From Dicyema japonicum (Eukaryota; Animalia; Dicyemida): a stretch of 64,000 nucleotides of DNA. Position 1 is the first letter of the stretch; the number at the start of each line of letters is the position of its first letter. Below, piece by piece: positions 12,481-26,204 of the stretch. The stretch is taken from NCBI GenBank assembly GCA_011109175.1, contig RDEW01000001.1, positions 2,410,997 to 2,474,996 on the forward strand, given 5' to 3'. Made by a program: the position numbers and the translations under genes. A model generated the notes under the pieces. That model was not told where the DNA came from. It made no database searches and saw nothing but the letters and a program-made list of their open reading frames with translations.

Positions 12481-13416
12481 ATGTGCACTGTTGTTGATGG
12501 TTTTACGGGTATGAATATAGTCTAATTTTCCAGTAATAACATTAAATAATAAATACAAAAATGATGAATGGACACAATATCTGTACTTACAACGACTAAA
12601 GAATAGAGAAAAGAACGTTACGGGTATGCATATAGTCTAATTTTCCAGTAATAACATTAAATAATAAATACAAAAATGATGAATGGACACAATATCTGTA
12701 CCTAAAACGACTAAAGAATAGAGAAAAGAACGTCCTATACATTCATAACGTTCCGTTTTACTACGATGAGGTAATCTAATATCTTATACATCAGAACTGC
12801 ATAAAAGGAATCTTTGACAACTTCAACATCGTCAAAATTCAGTGGGATCCAGTAGAGGAAGAGAATCGATCTCGCTTTGACTTTCCCGTGATCCCCATTA
12901 CTCACAAAACGTGTTTGGTGACCTTCGAATCCCCCGAGGTCGCTCAGGATGCCCTGAGTGTCTCCATTGAGGACAAACGTGTGGAGATTCCAGATGGGAT
13001 GACTGAATATAACTTCGGATTGGGAGCTCAACGAAATCGATACTTATCAAAAATCGATACACGTGGGCTAGATGAGGAAGTTACTACCTTTATGGCGGAC
13101 TATGATGAGGCTGAGAACAGAAGAATGTCAGAGATGTTTGCACGTGCTGGTAAGGTTGACGAGGACGGGTTCAAGCTTGTGGGGAAGCCGAAAAGGCAGA
13201 TAAACTCATTGTACTCTGATGATCTGGTTAAAACCGATAAAAGGAAGAAGACAAAGGCTGAACCGAATTTTTACGTCTCCCAAATAAGGGAGTCGAAGAG
13301 GGAACGTATGTTTTGTCATTTATTGTGTAGAGATTGAATTGTTGAGGAAAAAGTTTGAGGAAGACAAGAAAAAGATCGCTAAGATTAAGGCTGAGAGGAA
13401 GTTTAAGCCATTTTGA
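12481..13416 (+). CDS. RRP7A: Ribosomal RNA-processing protein 7 homolog
   Basis: Spliced product has LYIHNVPFY, VDEDGFKLV and NFYVSQIRESKREQIELLRKKFEEDKKKIAKIKAERKFKPF*; 24-25 nt introns. Both ends are duplicated (115 and 164 nt units). Confidence 0.92.
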
Positions 13417-13599
13417 CTATTTTTTAACGAATTTTTACGTCTCCCAAATAAGGGAGTCGAAGAGGGAACGTATGTTTTGTCATTTATTGTGTAGAGATTG
13501 AATTGTTGAGGAAAAAGTTTGAGGAAGACAAGAAAAAGATCGCTAAGATTAAGGCTGAGAGGAAGTTTAAGCCATTTTGACTATTTTTTAAATTATTAT

Positions 13600-15330
13600 T
13601 TTTTGCCAAGTGAGGGGTTCTGTTTCTAAAGGCGATGATAACATCGTCTGCATAAGAGTAATGTGTTAGGATCACCAATCTGGGGGTCATCTTGAAGGAA
13701 TAAATTAAATAAAATCGGAGAAAGCGGAAAACCTTGTGGGACTCCATTTGGAAACAGTCGAGTTCTCTATTTGCTATTCCCAAGACCCTCCAGATAAAAA
13801 GTTTTCCAACTAAAGCTTGAGGTTGGATGGTGGAGTCGAAAACCTTGGTGACTCCTGGAGACACCTTTTGAACATGGAAATCATCCCTGTGGGCAAATGA
13901 GGCCTTAAATCATTAAAGATGCAAATATAAATTGAGATAGGTGCGTTGTGGTAGATCTGCCAATTCATAGGCCACATTGGAAGGATGGCGTCTGCAGGAT
14001 CGGGAATAATCATCATAAGAAATTGGGGATTTGTGACCCATAGACTTTTCGAGTCAAGATTTTTATGAGAACTGAGTCCAAAGATCAAGGTTTTGTGATA
14101 ATCAAACTTTGATTCAAAACCANCATAGGCCACATTGGAAGGATGGCGTCTGCAGGATCGGGAATAATCATCATAAGAAATTCGGGATTTATGACCCATA
14201 GACTTTTCGAGTCAAGATTTTTATGAGAACTGAGTCCAAAGATCAAGGTTTTGTGATAATCAAACTTTGATTCAAAACCACCCAAAATAAATTTTACATA
14301 CATTGTAGGTGGTATTTTGATGATAAACCTCTCGTCCTGGAAGGATTCCAGTGGAAGATGTGACATCCGATACAGTCTCTTTATAATCTTAGACAGTGTG
14401 CACAGCTTCCAATGCTATAGAGTACAGTGGATATTTTCCTTCTTTTTGTCTTCAAGTTCGTTACTNCTTTTCGAGTCAAGATTTTTATGAGAACTGAGTC
14501 CAAAGATCAAGGTTTTGTGATAATCAGACTTTGATTCAAAACCACCCAAAATAAATTTTACATACATTGTAGGTGGGAATTTGATGATAAACCTCTCGTC
14601 CTGGAAGGATTCCAGTGGAAGATGTGACATCCGATACAGTCTCTTTATAATCTTAAACAGTATGCACAGCTTCCACTGCTATAGAGTACGGTGGATATTT
14701 TCCTTCTTTTTGTCTTCAAGTTCGTTACTTTTTATCGGAATTTGTACTACGAAAAGTTCTCCACGTTTCAGATAAGGTCTTTTGCTTACCAATCACTTTC
14801 CTCTCGTTTTCTGTGACTATTTTTAATCTCATTGTCGAGTAGTGGGATTCTCTCCTTAACTTCCTGAGTTTGTTCTTTGAGACTTTGTCCACGTGATATA
14901 CAAAATTAACCAAATTAACATTTTGAAGTCCGGGAATTTGGTTGGTTTCTTTTCGAATTAATCGTGTCCTTTATCTGAATAAGGATGGGGTTAGGATCGT
15001 AAAATAAAGACCAACTGACAAGTGACACGTGTATTGGGATGCAATTCAAGTCTGGTAGAGTAATATTGTCCTTCGCTCTGTAAGATGATCTTGTATTTGT
15101 TCGGTAGAGGTTTCCAGTGACGGGAGTATAGAACTTCCTCTGGCAGCGGCTTTTAATTAAGAGATGTACATATTGAGAATTTTAAAATTTCAATTCTACG
15201 GGAGATGCTTGACAAAGGGTAGTCGTGTAAAACTCTTTTTCTTAACAAAAGTCATAATTCCTCCTCCGTGGCCGACGGTCGATCCTAGCAAACCACGGTA
15301 AAGTCGACATGGAAAAGGAAGGTGAGTATC
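13600..15330 (-). mobile_element. Heavily decayed LINE ORF2 (APE to RT)
   Basis: GHGGGIMTFVK and ILNMYIS (APE); KVFDS, NGVPQGFPLSPILFNLFLQD and YADD (RT), across frameshifts. Confidence 0.7.
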
Positions 15331-15339
15331 TATAATATT

Positions 15340-15780
15340 CGCAGCTTTTCAATTTTGCATATAAAGTGAGTCAATGTTCAAGTGACTTTGTCTTGAATAT
15401 TTCAAGGGTGTCCAAAAGAGAGAAGGATTATTTTCAAATTTACGAACATATTCCTGGTAGGCAAGAATCTTTTCTTCTAGGTGGCTTCCAGAAATCTCCC
15501 CATATTTAGGATATTGTATAATCTGTCCGCAACATTTAGTATATTCCTCAACGATGAGGTGGAGGTCATTCTGTTACGTTTAATAGGATTCGCCGACACT
15601 GGTTCTGTATAACTACTAGTTTATTTTGCTGGTTGTTGATTAGGCTGCAATCCACGCAGCACGTGCATTTTCGATTGTTGGTATGATATACTGTTTGTAT
15701 AATAATTCAAGGTGAGAGATATTGGGGATTTGGTTTTGTGGATACCCCTCTTTTTTTGGACTCACGAAACTGATAGCTAC
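15340..15780 (-). mobile_element. LINE C-terminal/3' fragment homologous to 3170-3520
   Basis: Direct nucleotide similarity (TCCCCAATATCT...GAATTATTATACAAACAGTATAT; TTCTTGCCTACCAG). Confidence 0.7.
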
Positions 15781-15866
15781 TCTATTTGATAATGATAATA
15801 ATTCAAATGTCTTTAAATTTAATTTAAAAATTTTAAAATTATATTCAATTACTTATTTTAGTTGTT

Positions 15867-16380
15867 ATGTTCAGTCCACTACGGCATATTTCACTAACAC
15901 TAATAAAGGGGAATGGGGGATTATCGTGTATTCAAAGAGCTTTATTCAGCACATCTGCTGTTATGAATGTGATTGCCAGACAGGCACTAAAGAGGGAGAC
16001 AGATTTTAAGGGTACAATTAATAATTATATCAGAGAGCAGTGGATACCTGACCCACCCTAAAAAGTGGTTATTGGAGAGATATGTAATCATGTCGGTGTA
16101 TCCTCTCATCCCTCTATGCTTCTACTTTGGGGGACCACTATTTGAGAGTTTTTTAACCTCTACAATATGGCTGCATGCACACTGGTATATCGGCAGTATT
16201 GATTGTAGGAATGTGTCAATAGTAATGCACGACTACCTCAATTATAGAGGACAGTCATTGGAGAAGTTGTGTCAGTTTGTTCTCACATTTGTGTCCACCT
16301 TCACTCTTTGCCTTCTTTTAATGTTCAATTACTATGACGTGGGGGTATTCAAACTATTCCGTACTATCTGGTCCTTATAG
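15867..16380 (+). CDS. SDHD: Succinate dehydrogenase cytochrome b small subunit
   Basis: After removing 22 and 24 nt introns: transit peptide, KWLLERYV, WLHAHWNVSIVMHDY, FNYYDVGVFKLFRTIWSL*, aligning to SDHD HWxxER / HGHWG..TDY / FNYHDVGI. Confidence 0.9.
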
Positions 16381-16659
16381 TTCTTACTGATTTGACTAAA
16401 CAAATCGTTGGCGTATCCTTTGTTGCTTTACTGTTCTCTTTAAGCTATAACTTCACGTTGAGGGCATTCTAACTGAAATGTTTATTCTGTTTTATAAAAT
16501 AAACTTAAATTAACAGAATAACCTTGATAACCCAAAAATCAAACAACATAACTGACGAACTATATTCTATTTTTCTTTGGTGCATGTTATATATTACTTT
16601 ATTGGTCATATTCATGATTTTTATAAATATAATTTAATCTATTTATTTTTTAATAATAA

Positions 16660-16830
16660 TATTAACACCAGAGACCACGGTTACACAAGTTATCCCAGCA
16701 CACTCTAGCAGGGACTTTTTCTTGGCCAGATGCTCCTTTCTTGATCCTACACAAGCACGTATCGGCGAGTGATTGGACCTTCGCAGTCACGACAGCGAGT
16801 TCCATGGTTCACTCGTATCAAGAAATCCAG
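16660..16830 (-). mobile_element. Isolated LINE 3' end
   Basis: Homologous to 6345-6590 (ACCAGAGACCACGGTTACACAA...), followed by an (ATT)n-like tail. Confidence 0.75.
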
Positions 16831-17229
16831 CGTTCCGTGATTTTGGAAACTCTTTTATTAAGTTTTATAAGTTATATTTCGTTTTTAGGTCATATTTTAT
16901 TTATAATTTTTTTATAAAGTTATATTTATTATTTAATTATTTATTTTTTTTTTATTAAAAAATATAAATTACTTATTTCGCGTTGAGTTTCTTGTTGTCG
17001 TGGATGCCTAGTCAAAGTTGTCAAACAAGAAAAANAGGTCTTATTAGTTATATTTCGTTTTTAGGTCATATTTTATTTATAATTTTTTTATAAAGTTATA
17101 TTTATTATTTAATTATTTTTTTTTTATTAAAAAATATAAATTACTTATTTCGCGTTGAGTTTCTTGTTGTCGTGGATTCCTAGTCAAAGTTGTCAAACAA
17201 GAAAAAATTTAAAAAATCATAATCAAATA

Positions 17230-17660
17230 TCCCATGGAATTTGAGAGGGATTTTAATGGGAATTTATATTGTCTAAAATGTCTTTAATAAAAATTTTAAT
17301 GTGGAACAACACCGGCAAACAATAAACACAGATTTGATTTCTGTCTACTATCCAATTATTATGGAAATAAGAAAATTCCAAGATAATTTTTTCCATTATG
17401 GATGCAATTAAATTTATGGATTCAATCAAATTTGAACAGGATCCGTGTGATATCAAATTATATCTTGAAAAAAGGATAAGTAAAATGCCATTAAAAAATA
17501 TCAAAAATGCTAAATTAAAAGATTTTTGTCCAGAATTTTTTGCAAACTTATGGAAGTGTCCTGGAACAACTATTTTGGTAGAAAGAAGTTTTTCCATGTT
17601 AAATAAAATGCTCGAAATGGATAGAAACCTTAATATTAAAAATTAATTGATGCTTTATTT
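17230..17660 (+). mobile_element. Internally deleted hAT-superfamily transposase remnant
   Basis: N-terminal zinc-finger-like EFERDFNGNLYCLKC..FNVEQHRQT and C-terminal dimerisation-like CPGTTILVERSFSMLNKMLEMDR; candidate terminal sequence GGTCATATTTGTGGTTGTCCTAG at 18077-18099. Confidence 0.55.
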
Positions 17661-17699
17661 AAATAAATGTGATTAAACAATATTTTAAATCGGTTCAGC

Positions 17700-18030
17700 T
17701 CGAATATTTTTAAATCGGTTCAGACACCTGGAGCAGCTGCTTCGACTGCGGAGAACCTAAAAATCAATAAATATTTTTGCCTCGGGGATCTCTACCGATT
17801 TACTCCTGTTGCGACCGAATCATCGGGAGCCGTTGGTCCAATGACGGCTGAATTCTTGCAAGAACTCGGAGGATTGCTTGCCAGAAAAAAAGGGATCAAC
17901 GAGAAGGGTTATGGCTAAGACAAAAGATTGGAATAGCCATACTCCGATGGAACTCGTTCGCAATCCACGCAGCAGGCTTCCTCAACTGACATTTGTTTAA
18001 TTGTTAAAAAAAATTTTCTTTAAAAAAAAA
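17700..18030 (+). mobile_element. 5'-truncated CRE-like retrotransposon 3' end
   Basis: Close to the reverse complement of 56340-56640; ends in CAACTGACATTTGTTTAATTGTT plus an A-rich tail. Confidence 0.9.
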
Positions 18031-19689
18031 GTTAAAAACATATTTAATTTTTAGGTCTTAAAAGTTCTATTTTCAAGGTCATATTTGTGGTTGTCCTAGT
18101 TATAACTTTAGTAGATCTAACCTGGAGTGGTCATGGATCATCCGTATCATATTAATAAGATTATTACTCCCAATGTTAATTATTGAGTAGTTCTTTTATA
18201 ATAGAGATGATGATAATTCCATAATTTCTTCAACTCAGATCTACGTAATCGACCTCATGTGTGTATTGTAAGGTATTACGTACAACTCACCATTGTGGGT
18301 GTGATCTGTCGTGAAGAACTGTATAGTCAGATTAATATTTTAGACAACAAAAATATCTGAGGAATAAATAGGATAGAAGAGTTCCATGATTTTTGATATA
18401 TCTGAGTCAGAACCAGAGACTGATTACATGAATACTATACTTGATTGAAGATTTTTGTTTTTTCTGTTCCTCCTCTTCCTTTTCGAGTATAATGGCGTCA
18501 TGTGATCCACTTGTCTCAGGTGGCACCCAATTCCAGAGTGGCATGTAAAAGGATCATTTGTTCTCCTCCTCCACTGTAGGGGTTCCCACAACCATACGGA
18601 ATGGACGTTTTTTACCTTTTATGCTGGTTCTGGATGGACTTTAATACTGGAAAGACTATTTCTATGACAGTGGGAACTGGATACACTAAATTAGTTGTTA
18701 GGGGGTAACAATAATGACCGAAAACACCTTGGGGAAGCCTTTGAACCAACGATAACACAATTAGCATCCATTTCAAAACGATTTTAGATGGATATTGTGG
18801 AAGTTATCGTTCATTAGGCATGTGTTCAGGTTATACTTAAATATATAATTACCTACTATTTCAATGTTTCGTCATTCAGCAGAGATGAAGCAAATAAGCT
18901 ACCCTATTGCCTCAAACAAGCTACAGTAAACTTTCCCAAATTTGCCATTTCTGGTTCCAGCATTTTTTGCGGCAAATTTCAGGATTTAATCAATAATTTT
19001 AAAATAGTTATTGGGTAACTTATCTTCTATGAAAATAACTAAATTTGACTTTATTACAAAAAAAATATTTTAAATAATAAAGTATTAAATTTTATTGAAA
19101 TAAAATTCAATTTCCATTTGCTTCTTTTTTATATTTCTAGTATTTGCATTAAATCTTCTAATCTTCTAAAAAGTTAGAAAACCCCCGCCCAATTCGGAAA
19201 TGCGTTGGAACCCGGAAAAACACCAAGCAAGAATGAGATGGCTAGTCGAGGCGCGGGAATCACCTGAAGGCTATGTAGTTATTCAATTTTTCAGTTATTT
19301 TTGGTATTAATAAATATTCTAATAGATGTAATGAAGACGACATCCTCTTCGTTTCAACGTTCTCGAAAAGATTTTTTCAGTTTCACTTAAATTGGATGCT
19401 ATTTCAGTCTTGTTTAGGGGTTTCAATTCAGTAGTTTCTTCATGGATGAGTATCTCATTGTCATCAATTAATGATGTTATTCTTCATCTATCGCATTTTT
19501 TCAGAATAATTTATTCATTGATTTCATATTAATTCTTTGATTTCAATCGGATCGTGAGTATCCGTCTTTGATAAAATTTCTTAAATTATGTTCACATTTA
19601 CTAAAGGTGTGCTAGTACCCGATTTTTTTAGAATTTGAAAACAATTTTTGACTGTTTTAGGAGATCCATCTTCCCAGGCCATTTCTATA

Positions 19690-22310
19690 AATAAACCACA
19701 AGGAAACCTCAAGGTGATCGAAATCCAAGAGAAATCCAAGAGAGGGTTTCGGAAATTGTTCTAAAGAATGTGCCAATATGGATTGAGGAAAACGAACTTA
19801 TGGCTACATGAAAGAAATTGCTCCAACCACTGAGTCGGTAAAACGTCTTGTAAGAGATGGAAGAAAACTCCGTGTTGTGAAGATGAGCTTAAGGTCAGGG
19901 GCAGAAGCTACGTCCTTGATACGCCTGGGTCTTGTCATTGGGTGGATGGAAATCGATTGTGATTGGATCAGAAAACTACCCCCAAGATGCTTTAATTGTC
20001 AATTTTACGGATACATTGCAAGACATTGCAATGGGGAAGAGATGTTTCTTTTGTGGAGGACCACACAATTCCCCGGAGTGCCCGGAACCGAACAATAGAA
20101 TATCTTGTATCAACTACGGGTCTGGGGCTCACGGAACTGGTTATGGTGGCTGTCCGATGGCCAGGGAAGTCGTGGCTCTATAGAAAGAGGGACTGAATGT
20201 CATGGGTTAGGAACGTGGAGGAGAGGAGAAAATCCTTCACCACGTTATCTAGATGGGAAGTCTAACGAATACAAGCAGGACGCAATAATCAAAAATCGAC
20301 CTCAAAACTATGAAATCATGAATCAAACACATAAAAAGCTAATTGTGGAGAAAGACCATCTGAAGGAAAAGCTAAATTGGTCCTGCTGGGAACATATTCC
20401 AGGGGCATCTGAAAGAAAATCGAGAGAACTTGCATATGTGATTAATCGTCTGAACGAAGTGTGTGGTAAGGTATACCTGGATTTACTGCACGTGGTGGAT
20501 CTGGTCTAGGAGTAAAAGTCATTAAATCGATGATGTTGTCTCTATTCCCAGCTCAAGAAACATGATGGCTTCTACTATGCTAAAGAAGAAATACCTCTAG
20601 TTTTTGAGACACAAAAAAGATATTTAAAGTGAGGGATGATGTCATCGCGGAGAATACTTGTTATGAGCCATTGTCAGAGAAAACAGCATTTATAGAGATC
20701 TTTCTAGAAGAGCTGAAGATAACAATAAGAGCTGTCAAGAATAAAGCTCCGGGCACTATTTTATCAAAGCTAGGATGTTCAAAGAATGCCAAGAAATTTT
20801 ATTCAAAGTTCTCAAAGATGTGTTCAACGCAAGCATTAAAATTGGTAATGTTACACAAGAATGGAAGAAGACTCATTTACGGATGGTAGCGAAGACTGGG
20901 AGAACAAAGAATGATCCTGCTAGCTACCGTCCGATCAGCCTGATTCAATTAATTTCAAAAATTATAGAAAAAATTGTCTTCTGGAATTTTACAGATAAGC
21001 TGGAAAAAAAGACTACTTCAGAATTGATCAATTTGGTTTTCTCCCAAAACGGTCATGAGGTGATAGCTTATTTTTTTAACTCCGAGTTATGCAAAGCCAG
21101 AGAATCCAAATGTTTTGTGAATGTCATACGTCTCGACATATTAAAAGCATTCGACAGTGTTAACCACAGAGCCATAATCAATAAGTTATCTCGGACGGGA
21201 AGCCCAAATGAACTAGTGAATTGGGTGAAAGTGTACATAGAAGGAAGAAACTCCTATGTTAGATGCGGATGCTATTTTTCAAATATGATATTATTGAAGA
21301 GAGGAGTCCCACAAGGATCCTTTATTGTTTAATGTTCTAATGCCTGGTTTCCCGTCTCCGAGTACACCAAGTACGAGATCTNACGTCTCGACATATTAAA
21401 AGCATTCGACAGTGTTAACCACAGAGCCATAATCAATAAGTTATCTCGGACGGGAAGCCCAAAGGAACTAGTGAATTGGGTGAAAGTGTACATAGAAGGA
21501 AGAAACTCCTATGTTAGATGCGGATGCTATTTTTCAAATATGATATTATTGAAGAGAGGAGTTCCACAAGGATCCTCTATAGTTTAATGTTCTAATGCCT
21601 GGTTTCCCGTCTCCAAGTACACCAAGTACGAGATCTCTGATATACGCAGACGACGTGCTACTGAATGATGTGTCAGGATCGAGCATGATCTCATAGAGAA
21701 GACTCAATGTGTATATGGAAGGAATAAAAGATTGATGAGGTCTCCAAGGATTAAATCAATGTCGATCAGAGATGCAGCAGAAAAAAGGATGGCAAACTTC
21801 CTAAAAAAAATGCCATCATGGACTCTTATGCTGCAGCAAAAAATAAACGATAAGAGGGGTCTGAAGAGTCCAGGCGATTGCAGAACTTGCGATGAGAAGC
21901 CAACTAATTNATCATTCCATCACTCCTCTATGGACTGGAAGGATGGTATTACACTGCATACAAAGAGCGTTTTATCTTGATTTTTGAAAAATCGAGGAGA
22001 GCAGGGATCAAGATTACCCTGCGAAAGAGGCTCGACGAGAAGTTAGATGAAGACGAAAATTTGTTAGCAATGTCGATCAGAGATGCAGCAGAAAAAATGA
22101 TGGCAAACTTCCTAAAAAAATGCCATCATGGACTCTTATGCTGCAGCAAAAAATAAACGATAAGAGGGGTCTGAAGAGTCCAGGCGATTGCAGGACTTGC
22201 GATGAGAAGCCAACAAATTCCCTCTTTGATTTCCTTGCAAATAAAGTTGTTCACTCGGGTAACGGTAGCGCCTGTGACATAATAAATTTGATTTTTTAGT
22301 TTTTTTTGTT
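19690..22310 (+). mobile_element. Jockey/I-group LINE remnant: gag-like ORF1 and fragmented ORF2
   Basis: Three zinc knuckles (CFNCQFYGYIARHC, CFFCGGPHNSPEC, CINYGSGAHGTGYGGC); KAPG, ASYRPISL, LDILKAFDSV, GVPQGS and YADD; C-terminal CxxC. Confidence 0.85.
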
Positions 22311-22788
22311 TTGTCGACTGGTAGGTTGAGATAATGTCTACTTTGTTTCATGATAGACGAAAGCCCTTGTCTTCATTCTTCTCGTGGACGAGTGGCGGAT
22401 TTAGACCTTAGAAACCCTTGGTTCTAAACAACGGGAGTGTCGGATCACGAAATATTAAGATTCAAGTCCCCTTCAGATGAGCGTAAATCCTATAAGTCAT
22501 TTTTTAGTCGGTGATTGTCTTGAAAGCTACATAAACTGGTGCACGTGTGACACTGACTTAATTTAAAAAAGCATGATAAAACAAAACTAGCCACCTGATC
22601 CCAACATGTTGCAACTGCACTGAACAGGCCAGGAATTGTCTTCGGTGGTGTGAATGGTTCTTTTTCGAGGTTTGTTAGTTACTCTCAGGTGGAGTGAACG
22701 GTTCGTGAGCGGAACCAACAGAGCTTATGGACCACGTGCCTTGTGTTTAATCAGAACAAAGAATATTATTAGAGGTAGTATTAGTGAA

Positions 22789-24749
22789 TTAGTTATTAAG
22801 GACATTACATATTCCCCCACGTTGACACCAATTCGGACTATTCGATGACTTTCCACCATTCAAACACCAACGTGGAACACATTTTCGCCTGTTTTCCGGC
22901 GGAAATACTCCACATCCCCAATAGTACGCCCTGTTGGTAGTATTCCAGGCACAGTAAACGTGTCTTTCCTGAAATGCCGAGCTACAATCCCCTTCACACT
23001 AAAATGTTAGCTTATTGGTAACCTTGCTCCACTCTTTAGTGAACCACCGGAAAGTGCATAACTCGTTATGGCAGACTCTAACCGTCACCGGAGAGGGTTT
23101 GGAACATAATCGGGGATCAATTGGGTTGTCCTCCCAATCCACACATCGACTAGTTCGAATGTTGATTGATTTTTTAAAGTCAAAACAGTTGTCCTCAGAG
23201 CACTATGGGTACATAATCTTGACCCAATACCGATGACCAGGGGGATAACTTCCATTGTGGACACACTGAGCCACATGGCTCCTCATGAGGAGGGCGACGA
23301 AGGCCGATATCTTCACACAATTCGTTGGGTACAGAAATATAAGACTGTTTTGAAACAAGTCCACAGAATGCAGTCCTCTTTTTATCCCCCAATCCACAAA
23401 TGACGGAACAAGAAGACCAATTGGCAACCAAATATGTCAAAATTGAAGAGCTCTTCACTAAAACTCCATAATTATCAGTCAAATCTACAAAATGATAGTT
23501 AATGTACTCTCAATGTAACTCAAATTCAATCCACTGTTGTCTTCTACCCTGATCGTGAACTCCTTGTATATTCCTCCACTCCACGTGCATCGGAAAATAG
23601 TATTTCTTTCAGTTTCTACGGTTATGGTCCGTTTGGATGATACTAGTCCGGCCTCATTCATCCACGTGATGTTTTCCGTGTTGGAAGGGCACCTCAACTC
23701 GATTCTTGTATTGGGTCTGAGGTGCAAGATATCCTGGTAGTCGACCACCAAAGGGGATTGAAGAGGCACAAGTTGAGTCAGAGATTCGTTAGAATACATC
23801 CTGAGACCGTTTTTGCACAGATGACGTCTTGGACACTCTCGGATGTACACCGGTTCCCATGGACATTTGTCTTCGCTAAGGATCTCTGTATTGGAAAAAT
23901 TATCGTCCCCCGTGAGCACACACTGTCTCCTTTGGACGGATATTGATCTTTCACAACGATTCGGGCACTAATATAAAATCAGTCACGAACCAAGGACCAC
24001 TCTGATTTCTTCCATTGAATCTTGCATTGAGTCCCATTGCAGTCCTTATATCCCTGTGGGGGAGGTTGACTGCAGTACTTGTTTGGAATGGAGATTATCA
24101 TGCCTCCTTTGAATTTCTGGTAACATTTGTAAGTCAGTTTCTGATATCCTGGACCACATGTTGAAGAACATGACCCAGTTTCTTTGAGAACCCACCTACA
24201 AAAAAAAAGATCTATTTACCATGGCTCGCAGGGGAACGTGTTGCACTCCACTGGTCCATACCTTGGGCGTGTCACTTGAGAGCACATGTTATCCGGTATA
24301 AATTGAGCTGTTTTTTTATTTACACAGTAAAAAACAGGGTAGGAGGTACCTTGAATAATATCACTGACTGCCAACCTCCAAGACATTCAGCATCGCACTT
24401 GGAATACCACATGAGCCTCCAATAATAACTGTCAGTTGTATTTTCATCACAATCCCCCGAATTACAGTCAATAGAAGATGGTGGTTTGGGTTCTGCCTCG
24501 TAGATATAAACAGAGACCTTTCTGGCACAACGATGAGTTAACGGGAAGATGAATATATTGAAAAGGGACATATACTGAGCAAATCACATCCCTGAACCTT
24601 TTCCCCATTCCACAGTCTGTCGAACACATCCCCCACAACCCAACAATCCATTTGGTCTCGAATGGCTTCAACTAGCTGATGACGAAATTTCAGCTTACAG
24701 AATTCGCTGATTCAGCAAAAATATAAAAAACGAGTATAACCGAGATCAT
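22789..24749 (-). CDS. ADAMTS-like / MADD-4-like extracellular protein with several TSP1 repeats and one Ig-like domain
   Basis: Hydrophobic MISVILVFYIFAESANS, then WIVGLWGMCSTDCGMGKRFRDVIC, GSCSSTCGPG and CEGDCSSAFQERHVYC (TSP1), and IELRCPSNTENITW...FRCTW (Ig). Exon boundaries are approximate and the 5' end may extend upstream. Confidence 0.75.
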
Positions 24750-26204
24750 GAGTCCCAAGTCTCTACACGATTGACTGCAGCAAACACGCCGTCTTAAATT
24801 AAAGTAGTTGCGTAGATTGACATATCTAAACGTCGTTGATTGCTATTTATAGTTATATTCTCAATTAGTACTGCGAGCTCCTTATCACACATAGCACTTC
24901 CAGTGGAGAGTCCAAGTCCTTCGAGGAACCCTTATTGATTCATCTGTCCGTCATCTAGCACTTCTGAGCCCTTGGACGTGGGTAAACTTATAATCCTCAC
25001 GTATCATCCAATTTTGAGAACCTTACGACTGAATGATTGTCGAAATTTCAGTATCATGAGGAAGAGATCCATGGTTGGGAGAGATCTTTGAAGACATGGA
25101 CGTGCTATTTGGCTGCAATTCATGATTTTGTTATTTACATTTGGCTTATTATTGGTGACATTATCATTAACATCATTACCTTGACACGTGTCAACTAATG
25201 ATTTTGATAAACATAATAAAGGGCTAATCAACCTTATATTTCGCTGTTTTTCCTAAAGTAGATGATTTGAGAGATAAAAATAGATATCTCTTAAATGCAG
25301 ACAAAATTGATTTTTGATAAATTGGGTTTTCCAAAATTACAAATAAAACATGATCACTTCCTGGTGCTCAAGAGTTACTCTGTTCACCTACAGGACGACT
25401 CTTCTCGTTTATGTGGTAAGTCTTACTATGGAAGTCCTCTTTGCCAAGGATCGATATAGTCGGCTATAAGATATTATTTTTGAATTTCAAGATAACTACG
25501 AATGAAGCGATCCATCGATCCAAGTAATCTATACAAATATTCTAAGACCTGTGCTGAGGTTACGTACCTTTATTGCATAAAATTTCGTTTTATTACGGAT
25601 GAAAGCCTATGGCCTTTTCTTCGAGGATAGACTGATAGACGAGGTTCTGAACGGTGCCAGACGCACGCAGTATCCACGTTCGGATTTCAACCGGAACAAA
25701 AACTGTAAACACTTGGGGGATTATCTGTCAAGCTCCACATTGAGATGATTCTATGTTGCTAATAATAGCGGTTGCATGGAAAAGGGCGCACAAAGTGACC
25801 GAACAGTAGATTTCTGGAAAAATCGACATCTCTTAGGTCACTAATATGGATAAGCGGAATGTTGGCCTCATACGACAGTTCTCCCTCGCCGTGTCAAGCT
25901 GAGGGTACTGTCAGAACGTGTAGAGATTACTTAGTTCTTGGTTTTTAACAGTGGCCTTTGATTGATAAACGAATAATGAGAGAGTAACACGTGACAAAAA
26001 TCCCAAGCACCCACATTAGCCACACTCATCATGTATTTTAATCCATGTGTGAATCAATAGGAAAATAATAAAGGTTTCCCCCGAGATATCGATCACAGAA
26101 AGATTCATCCTCCCTCTTTCAGGCAGCCTTAGCTAACTCTACTCCCATTTTTTAATTAAATTATGGAAAATTAATTTCAATCAGGAAAACCTCTAAGGTT
26201 TACA

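Noticed and set aside
13810-14630. Host DEAD-box/UTP25-like gene from the repeated ORFs
   Set aside because: Adjacent frames give LINE motifs (KVFDS, GVPQG, YADD, upstream APE); the repeats are N-linked duplicates.
22393-22410. GAGTGGCGGATTTAG as a MITE terminal inverted repeat
   Set aside because: No matching inverted partner or TSD was found.
22715-22800. C-terminal transmembrane helix on the TSP1 protein
   Set aside because: The hydrophobic stretch is out of frame; the TSP1 frame ends ...GGICNVLNN* at 22789.
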